From NCBI GenBank assembly GCA_964480775.1, contig CAYZRF010000038.1, forward strand, positions 1,196 through 11,410: DNA of 10,215 nt. The letters run 5' to 3'. Positions 1 through 5,677 of the stretch are shown piece after piece. The DNA is from an uncultured Nitrososphaerota archaeon. GTDB lineage: Archaea > Korarchaeota > Korarchaeia > Korarchaeales > Korarchaeaceae. The notes under the pieces are model-generated. The model ran no database searches, was not told the origin of the DNA, and saw only the letters and a list, made by a program, of their open reading frames with translations. Numbering within the stretch: position 1 is the stretch's first letter; each line of letters begins with the position of its first letter. The translations under genes and the position numbers were made by a program.

Positions 1-197
1 GAACCTCCGAGGGCTTTTACGTATAGGGCATAGTAGGTTGAAGGGATCTCCGTAGCAAAATCCATGATCAGCCATGTTAAGATTAGTATGAGGAAGTTTC
101 CGTGAATAAATGAGAACTCGGAAATTATTTTTGAAAGAAATCCTTTGGTTTTTTCGGTTTTTTCCTTGAAATCTACTTGTGCTTGAGCTAAACTCAT
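1..197 (-). CDS. Partial membrane transporter N-terminus (MFS-like); continues beyond the window start
   Basis: Absent from the ORF track because it is cut by the window edge. The reverse complement from the ATG at 197-195 reads MSLAQAQVDFKEKTEKTKGFLSKIISEFSFIHGNFLILILTWLIMDFATEIPSTYYALYVKALGG with no stop down to position 1. It has a hydrophilic tail, a hydrophobic helix, then a 'LYVKALGG' loop that I recall from archaeal MFS N-termini. This is recollection, not a search result. Confidence 0.45.
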   Translation of the reverse strand, partial: MSLAQAQVDFKEKTEKTKGFLSKIISEFSFIHGNFLILILTWLIMDFATEIPSTYYALYVKALGG

Positions 198-243
198 TGT
201 AATCATTTCCCATTACTTTCTGCCATCAAAAATTGCTTTTGCC

Positions 244-252
244 TTTTTATAT
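244..252 (-). promoter_or_regulatory. Candidate TATA box for the leftward transporter gene
   Basis: The minus strand reads ATATAAAAA about 50 nt upstream of the ATG at 197. The call rests on position and composition only. Confidence 0.25.
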
Positions 253-483
253 CAACTCACAATTTGAGATCTCCTTTTGATATCCTATTCAAAGGTCTCT
301 TTTCTTGGTTTTCAAAATTAAAGCAAAATACTTCACGAGCCTCCATAAAATGGATCAATGACTTGATGAAAAGATAAGTTGGGGGGGTACAACCAAATTC
401 CTCTTTTCTAGAGACTATACAGAGGAAAGCCAATTATCGATTCTTGTTTGAGGTTGGTGATTGATTTTTCCATTTGTCGTCCC

Positions 484-491
484 ATATATAA
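484..491 (+). promoter_or_regulatory. Candidate archaeal TATA box for the cysteine synthase family gene, with a downstream SD
   Basis: ATATATAA lies about 46 nt upstream of the ATG at 537. AAGGTGA at 525-531 lies 5 nt before that ATG and matches the GGAGGTGA-type SD consensus complementary to the archaeal 16S 3' end. Confidence 0.4.
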
Positions 492-536
492 GGTAAAGTA
501 GATTGTTAAGTTATTGATTTTCGTAAGGTGAATCAT

Positions 537-1541
537 ATGAGGTTGGCTAAGAACATGCTAGAACTTATCGGCAACACCCCGATAGTTAGGCTATCAAAGC
601 TTGATAGCAAGTATCCCTTCGAGATCTGGGGGAAATGTGAGTTCATGAATCCAAGTGGGAGCGTCAAGGATAGGATGGCATACTACATGATAAAAGAAGC
701 TGAGAAAAGAGGAGAACTAAAACCGGGGATGACGATATTAGTTCCAACTACAGGAAATACGGGAATAGCTTTCTCAGCCATAGGAACCTACTTGGGTTAT
801 GAGGTCCTTATCGTGATGCCTGTGGAGATGAGCTATGAGAGGAAGCTTCTAGACATGCTTTACGGCGCTAAACTCATATACACGCCCGGAGGCGAGAGTG
901 ATGCCATGGGAGCTGTGGAATACTGTAGGAAATTGGCTAGAGAGAATCCAGGAAAGTACTGGGTAGCAGAGCAGTGGGAAGACGAGGCAAATGTCAAAGC
1001 TCACTATGAGACTACCGGAAAAGAAATTGTTGAGCAGCTGGGAAAGGATATAGAGCTTTTTGTCGCTGGAATAGGAACTGGCGGAACCCTGATTGGCACT
1101 GCAAAGAGGCTTAAAGAAGCAAACCCCGAAGTCAAGATAGTAGCAATGGAGCCTGCTGAATGTCCAACAGCAGCTACCTGGTTCTGGGAAAAGGGGGAGG
1201 CATGGGGAAGGCATGAGATAGAAGGAATAGGAGATGGGTTTGTCCCAGGAATAATCGAGAGATACAAGGAATTGATAGATGATTTCGTACTAGTGAGTAG
1301 CAATGAAGCAGTAGATATGGCAAGGAAGTTAGCTAGAATAGAGGGACTAGGGCTGGGAATATCCTCTGGAGCCAACGTTGTAGCAGTAATAAGGGCTGCT
1401 GAGAAACTTGGAGTTGAAAAAGGGAAGGTAGTTACCATACTGCCGGATTACGCTGCTAGATACTTCAGCACAAGGCTTTTCCTAAAAAGAAGGCTTAAAA
1501 CAGAAGAACACGAGGAAATGCTTAAGCTCGCCAGATCATAG
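537..1541 (+). CDS. PLP-dependent cysteine synthase / O-acetyl- or O-phosphoserine sulfhydrylase family protein (fold-type II, CysK/CysM/CBS-like)
   Basis: ORF 528..1541. Motifs seen: NPSGSVKDR (PLP-lysine motif), TTGNTG (variant of the TSGNTG substrate loop), GIGTGGT (phosphate-binding loop) and IEGIGDGFVP. The track start is a GTG at 528. The ATG at 537 has the better SD (AAGGTGA, 5-nt spacer), so I prefer it. An insertion, CPTAATWFWEKGEAWGRH, precedes the EGIG motif. Confidence 0.9.
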   Translation: MRLAKNMLELIGNTPIVRLSKLDSKYPFEIWGKCEFMNPSGSVKDRMAYYMIKEAEKRGELKPGMTILVPTTGNTGIAFSAIGTYLGYEVLIVMPVEMSYERKLLDMLYGAKLIYTPGGESDAMGAVEYCRKLARENPGKYWVAEQWEDEANVKAHYETTGKEIVEQLGKDIELFVAGIGTGGTLIGTAKRLKEANPEVKIVAMEPAECPTAATWFWEKGEAWGRHEIEGIGDGFVPGIIERYKELIDDFVLVSSNEAVDMARKLARIEGLGLGISSGANVVAVIRAAEKLGVEKGKVVTILPDYAARYFSTRLFLKRRLKTEEHEEMLKLARS

Positions 1542-1553
1542 CTTGTCTTCAAG

Positions 1554-1568
1554 TTTTTCCACATTTTT
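1554..1568 (+). terminator. Two T5 tracts just after the cysteine synthase stop codon (archaeal oligo-T termination signal)
   Basis: TTTTT at 1554-1558 and again at 1564-1568, within 30 nt of the TAG at 1539-1541. Confidence 0.4.
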
Positions 1569-1585
1569 GGTTGATCTTAACCATT

Positions 1586-1628
1586 AAAGGAAAAAGAAAT
1601 GGGACGCTATGGGCCTAATGACCATAGC
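1586..1628 (-). terminator. Hairpin plus T-rich run downstream of the AOR gene
   Basis: Perfect 7-bp inverted repeat: GCTATGG (1606-1612) and CCATAGC (1622-1628), with a 9-nt loop. On the minus strand it is followed by TTTCTTTTTCCTTT (complement of 1586-1599). It lies between convergent genes. Confidence 0.4.
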
Positions 1629-1657
1629 TTTACACAACTTACTAAATCAACACAAGT

Positions 1658-3538
1658 CTAGCCAGCCCTGTAACGTTCCCTTATAGGCTCCAAAGCCCTA
1701 TCGACATCTTCAAGTCCAAGTTTTCTGAGGGTTTCAGATGTGGGGATGCCTAGCTCGTCCCATCCCAAGGAGTTAAACCACTCTTTCTTCTTTCTTTGGA
1801 CTTCCTCCCTATCTGCAGCCTGACCGGCCTTTGGACCCGATGGAAGGGGCTCATAAAACCTCGGCGGGTTGTCGTCATCTACCCTGGGATCCCACCTAAC
1901 ATCGGGACCTCCGATAAGGAGGACAGCTCTCTGTATTGCAAGCATTCTAGGCCCCATGATCGTGTTCCAATCCTCCATGCTAGTATTCCAGCCAGTAACC
2001 GCCCTAAAGAATTCCCAAATTATCTCATAAGGTCTTATGGAGTTGAAACCACAGATCACTGCTGAGTCCATGAATCCCCATGAGAGTTCCCCTCCTCCTT
2101 CTTCGGGACCGAGCCCTGAAACTGAGGTATGATCCCCCCCTTGTACATTGCAAGCATAAGCTATCAATGGTGGGTAATCAAGACCGCTTCTTATACCATG
2201 AGCTCCAATTGCAATTCCTTTTACGTGAACAGCATACCTCAAGACGTCAACTCCCTTCATCTTCCCTATTTTCAAGGCGGCCCTATAGGTTCCTTCTGCC
2301 AGTATGTCACCGATACCTTCCCTTCTAGCTATGATCTCAGCAAGCTTTCCGAATGCCTTTACGTCTCCCCAGTTCAGTTCAAACCCCAAGTCTTCCTTGG
2401 TCAATATACCTCTTTGATATAGTTCTGCGGCAAACCCCATGACGTTACCAAGTTGTATTCCGCAAAAACCAAGATCATCGCTTATAGAAGCAAGGTAAAC
2501 GTTACCTTCAGGGTCAAATATACCCAAGTTAGTTCCTAAATAGGCTTGAAGCTCATAATCTGGGTTATCTGTTATGGCTCCTTTATATGGACCCCTCTGA
2601 ATTGTGGCAACCTTTAAACAAGTTGTTGGACATCCGTAATCTCCCCAATAACGCTTTATCCAGACTTTTCTCTCAAACTCGTCGACCCCAAATTCCTTTC
2701 TGTCATGGTACTCCTCTTGCCAGTTTTTTATGGGCTCGGAACTTAGATCCGCTCCGACCACATAACCTGCACTGCCTGTTCCCCACCTTCTCATGCTATC
2801 TTGCATTAAGCGATATTCTACCACCTTCTTGATCAGCTCTTTCACCTTTTCGTAGTCACTTGGGTCTGGAAGAGGACCTGTGCTCTTAGCAACAATAGCT
2901 TTTAGGTTCTTGGATCCCATTATCCCTCCATATCCCCCGTATCCAGCACCATGAGTCCACTTTTCTTCGACTGCTGCGATCCTGGAAATTCTCTCGCCAG
3001 CAGGACCTATGTAGATTATGCCTGGCTCTCTCCACATCCTTCTCCTCGGTCTCTGGCTTTCTAGTTCTGCCACAATCTCCTTGTTAATCATCCTTATCGT
3101 TTGCTTCCCGTCCTTTCCCCAGATATGCTTTGCATCCCTTATCTCAACCTCTTCATCCCTAATGAAAATGTAAACTGGTCGTTCTGCTTTTCCTGTCACT
3201 ATAACTCCGTCATACCCAGCACATTTCAGCTCGATTGCAAACTCACCTGCAACAGTAGAGCCGACAATGCCGTTGCTTTGGGGGGATTTTCCAGAAATGC
3301 AAATCCTTGCTCCTGGATAAAATCCAGTCATAGGTCCAGTAAGAGCTAGGAATATGTTCTCCGGTCCTAGGGGGTCAACCGATTCCCAGCCTGCTCCAAG
3401 TCTATCCCATAAGATCTTGCATGCAAGAGCCCTTCCGCCTATGTATTGTCTCAATACTTCCTCATCAAATCTTACTTCTGAGATCTTTTCACTAGAAAGA
3501 TCAACCTCAAGAAATTTTCCGGCATATCCTCGCGCCAT
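1658..3538 (-). CDS. Aldehyde:ferredoxin oxidoreductase (AOR) family tungsto/molybdopterin enzyme, catalytic subunit
   Basis: 626-aa ORF with a typical AOR-family N-terminus (GYAGKFLEVDLS...IGGRALA...GPLTG-like GPMTG). Cluster motif D300-x2-C303-x3-C307 plus DSAVIC496GF. Positions E329 and H447 correspond to the catalytic Glu/His of Pyrococcus furiosus AOR. The length matches the 600-650 aa typical of the family. Confidence 0.95.
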   Translation of the reverse strand: MARGYAGKFLEVDLSSEKISEVRFDEEVLRQYIGGRALACKILWDRLGAGWESVDPLGPENIFLALTGPMTGFYPGARICISGKSPQSNGIVGSTVAGEFAIELKCAGYDGVIVTGKAERPVYIFIRDEEVEIRDAKHIWGKDGKQTIRMINKEIVAELESQRPRRRMWREPGIIYIGPAGERISRIAAVEEKWTHGAGYGGYGGIMGSKNLKAIVAKSTGPLPDPSDYEKVKELIKKVVEYRLMQDSMRRWGTGSAGYVVGADLSSEPIKNWQEEYHDRKEFGVDEFERKVWIKRYWGDYGCPTTCLKVATIQRGPYKGAITDNPDYELQAYLGTNLGIFDPEGNVYLASISDDLGFCGIQLGNVMGFAAELYQRGILTKEDLGFELNWGDVKAFGKLAEIIARREGIGDILAEGTYRAALKIGKMKGVDVLRYAVHVKGIAIGAHGIRSGLDYPPLIAYACNVQGGDHTSVSGLGPEEGGGELSWGFMDSAVICGFNSIRPYEIIWEFFRAVTGWNTSMEDWNTIMGPRMLAIQRAVLLIGGPDVRWDPRVDDDNPPRFYEPLPSGPKAGQAADREEVQRKKKEWFNSLGWDELGIPTSETLRKLGLEDVDRALEPIRERYRAG

Positions 3539-3539
3539 T

Positions 3540-4079
3540 TCATATCAACTCCTCTGCTTTCTCCCCGTAAAGTCGGTAAGCCATCTCCTTCACAATTTCA
3601 GAGGGTTTTTTGGCATAGAGCTTGTAATTAATGCTTGGTGATTTTTTAACGAGCCAAAGGGCGTTCCATCTTCCTTCTTGGCATATCTTGACGCATTCTG
3701 GATCCCCTCCACAAAGATCGCAGATCGTGGCCTTGTTATCACCAGGATGAAGGAATGGAACATTTCCAGGACAGGCCTCTATGCATTGACCACAGCTTAT
3801 GCAAAGATCACGATCTACTATAACGGCTCCTGTCTTATCATCTATAGAAAGAGCTTTTGGATCCGTTGGACATGCTTCGACACATGGATAATCATGACAC
3901 TGAGTGCAAAGGTGCGGAATTTCTAATGTCGGGACTAGCATGAATATCCTTATCCTTGATGCCTCTGGCCATATCCTGCCCTCGTGATGTAAGCTGCAAG
4001 CAACTTCGCATAGTCTACACCCACTGCAGTTGTAGAAGTCTCTGGCAATCCATATGGGACCAGTTTCGCTTGAAGACAT
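3540..4079 (-). CDS. Four-cluster [4Fe-4S] ferredoxin-like electron-transfer subunit (DmsB/HybA/AorA type)
   Basis: 179 aa with four Cys motifs: CSGCRLCEVAC, CTQCHDYPCVEACP, CISCGQCIEACP and CDLCGGDPECVKIC. Its stop codon lies 1 nt from the AOR start codon, which implies co-transcription and translational coupling. Confidence 0.9.
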   Translation of the reverse strand: MSSSETGPIWIARDFYNCSGCRLCEVACSLHHEGRIWPEASRIRIFMLVPTLEIPHLCTQCHDYPCVEACPTDPKALSIDDKTGAVIVDRDLCISCGQCIEACPGNVPFLHPGDNKATICDLCGGDPECVKICQEGRWNALWLVKKSPSINYKLYAKKPSEIVKEMAYRLYGEKAEELI

Positions 4080-4168
4080 ATGTATCTGGAGATCAGATAG
4101 CTTTTAAGGTTAAACGCTTGAGTCCCCTCATCGAGAAGACTTATCCATAAGAATAATGCATTAAACTT

Positions 4169-4441
4169 CTAGCCTCCTGCTATGGGTGGAAGGAAGACTA
4201 TCTCATCTCCTTCTTTCAGTTTTACATCTGGCTTCTGTGATCTACCATTAAGGAGGACTATCAGATAATCAGGGTCATTTCCCTTGTTTATGTCTATAGG
4301 ACCAAACCCATATATCTCTGATATTTTTTTGACAGCATTAGCGAAGGTTGCCTCTTCTTCTAAGTTAACTACTATCTCCCTTCCGATCTTCCTTGCCAAG
4401 AAGCCTACAAATCTTACCCTAATTTGCAAAGCCTGACTCAA
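4169..4441 (-). CDS. MoaD/ThiS-family ubiquitin-like sulfur-carrier protein (C-terminal Gly-Gly)
   Basis: 90 aa ending ...DEIVFLPPIAGG-stop. The IRVRFVGFLA beta-strand start and the EGDEIVFLPP(I)xGG tail are classic MoaD/ThiS/SAMP features. The start is a TTG at 4441, with another TTG at 4429, and the frame has no ATG. A TTTTAATAAATT box lies about 20 nt upstream. Confidence 0.85.
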   Translation of the reverse strand: MSQALQIRVRFVGFLARKIGREIVVNLEEEATFANAVKKISEIYGFGPIDINKGNDPDYLIVLLNGRSQKPDVKLKEGDEIVFLPPIAGG

Positions 4442-4478
4442 TTAAGGAACACAGGAATTTATTAAAAGTGATTTTCCA

Positions 4479-4502
4479 CCTATTTTACTATAATAAAATA
4501 GG
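4479..4502. repeat. Perfect 9-bp inverted repeat with a 6-nt loop (CCTATTTTA-ctataa-TAAAATAGG)
   Basis: Read directly. It lies 22 nt downstream of the MBL gene stop and just upstream of the TATA-like box of the MoaD-like gene. It could be a terminator hairpin or a dimeric regulator site. Confidence 0.5.
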
Positions 4503-4523
4503 TTTTGAAGTTTATGAAAGATT

Positions 4524-5582
4524 CTACTCTCGTTTGCACTCTAAAACCTTTGGAATAAGGCCGAGAAATTCTGCCGCTGTAAAGACCTTTTTGTTGGATC
4601 TTTTTGCGACTTTCCATACCTTAATAGTGTGCTCCCTAAACTTAGCTTCTCTTACTAAATGGTGATCGTAGATTATAAGTCTTGCATCGCTTTCTTCGAT
4701 TATTCTTACAGCATTAGCCACCGCTCTGTTTAGATTGATTCTGTTAAGCAAGTAGCCGAACATATATGTCATGGGACCATCTAAGATCAATATGTCTGGG
4801 TCTTCTTTGATTATCCATTCTGCATAATCCTCAATGATAGGACCGTTCAGGTCGCTGGAATGAATTAATTTTTCGCTACCGCATTCTATTACTGTGGCAA
4901 TCACCCATCCTAGGGTGGAGAATTCAATTCCATGAAACAAGGGCTTCGTAAATCTTATCCTCGTTTCTCCAAAACTAAATTCCTTTCCATCTGCAAATTT
5001 TATCTTAACTCTATCGAATTCGAATTCAGGTATTTGGAACCATTTGTTCCACTTCCTTGTCCTCTTTTTGAAAAGACTCAGACCTTTATTCAAAAGCTCT
5101 TTTCTCCTGTTTTCATAATCTCCGAAATTCTTACTTTTAGCCAAAGGGAGACCATCTAATGGATTTGGATACCACCTGGTCTTAGGTTCCGTTAAGATGG
5201 ACTCTAACTTTATTCCTCCGAAATGTTCACATATGTTGGAGTAAAATGCCTCAGCTCTCTTTCGCTGAGAGTCGTTTATGTATTCGTTAGGGTTTTTTAC
5301 AAGCAAAAGCTTGTCCTCATAAATATTCATATCTCCAGGAGAATAATGATCGTAATGATAATGAGAAATGACGAGAACCTCGGCCTCTTTGCTGACTTTC
5401 TTAATCTCTCTTTTTCCTTGCTCTCTCCAACGAATCTTTTCCGAATAGCTTGCTGGAAAACTAGGATGCATGATGGCAACTCCCGGGTCTATCAAAATAG
5501 AAACATCTGCCGTTTTGACAAGCGTGCATGAACTCTTGGCACCCAGAGAGTCAAACCATATGGGCTTAAACGAGATGCACAC
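4524..5582 (-). CDS. Metallo-beta-lactamase-fold hydrolase (resembles the archaeal UPF0282-type MBL family)
   Basis: 352 aa with the SHYHYDH (HxHxDH) zinc motif after a beta-rich N-terminus (FDSLGAKSSCTLVKT...ILIDPG). Later conserved residues are His/Asp (HSSD) and DHH. The N-terminal pattern resembles UPF0282 proteins of methanogens and Thermococcales as I remember them. GTG start with an AGGGAG SD 6 nt upstream. Confidence 0.85.
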   Translation of the reverse strand: MCISFKPIWFDSLGAKSSCTLVKTADVSILIDPGVAIMHPSFPASYSEKIRWREQGKREIKKVSKEAEVLVISHYHYDHYSPGDMNIYEDKLLLVKNPNEYINDSQRKRAEAFYSNICEHFGGIKLESILTEPKTRWYPNPLDGLPLAKSKNFGDYENRRKELLNKGLSLFKKRTRKWNKWFQIPEFEFDRVKIKFADGKEFSFGETRIRFTKPLFHGIEFSTLGWVIATVIECGSEKLIHSSDLNGPIIEDYAEWIIKEDPDILILDGPMTYMFGYLLNRINLNRAVANAVRIIEESDARLIIYDHHLVREAKFREHTIKVWKVAKRSNKKVFTAAEFLGLIPKVLECKRE

Positions 5583-5677
5583 ATTTACTCCCTTTATCGC
5601 CTCTTAAAAACGATATACTATGGCTTCTATTGTTAATCAAGGCTATTGATATTCAATTTTCCAGAAGCCTAACCGAC

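Noticed and set aside
257-346. 29-aa minus-strand sORF (MEAREVFCFNFENQEKRPLNRISKGDLKL) in the long divergent spacer
   Set aside because: It has no SD or TATA box at a sensible distance and no recognisable features. An ORF of this length is expected by chance in AT-rich sequence.
849-1438. Two minus-strand ORFs (849..1214 and 1004..1438) inside the cysteine synthase gene
   Set aside because: They are antisense shadow frames of a strongly motif-supported gene. Their translations are low-complexity and Ser/Pro/Cys-rich, with no recognisable motifs or upstream signals.
1796-3641. Six plus-strand ORFs of 81-97 aa (1796..2065, 2080..2328, 2129..2422, 2587..2832, 3101..3349, 3354..3641)
   Set aside because: All are antisense to the AOR gene. 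Their composition is typical shadow-ORF (Pro/Ser/Leu/Arg-rich), and they overlap one another in different frames.
3678-4150. Plus-strand ORFs 3678..3926 and 3956..4150
   Set aside because: They are antisense to the 16-Cys ferredoxin subunit, which is clearly the real gene, and have no independent support.
4468-5531. Plus-strand ORFs 4468..4665, 4932..5159 and 5223..5531
   Set aside because: They are antisense to the MBL-fold gene, which carries the HxHxDH motif. They encode AT-rich, Phe/Ile/Leu/Arg-rich peptides with no motifs.
5645-5657. Palindrome ATTGA-tat-TCAAT in the spacer between the membrane protein and MBL genes
   Set aside because: A 5-bp AT-rich arm is expected by chance in an AT-rich spacer, and I found no second copy or associated signal.
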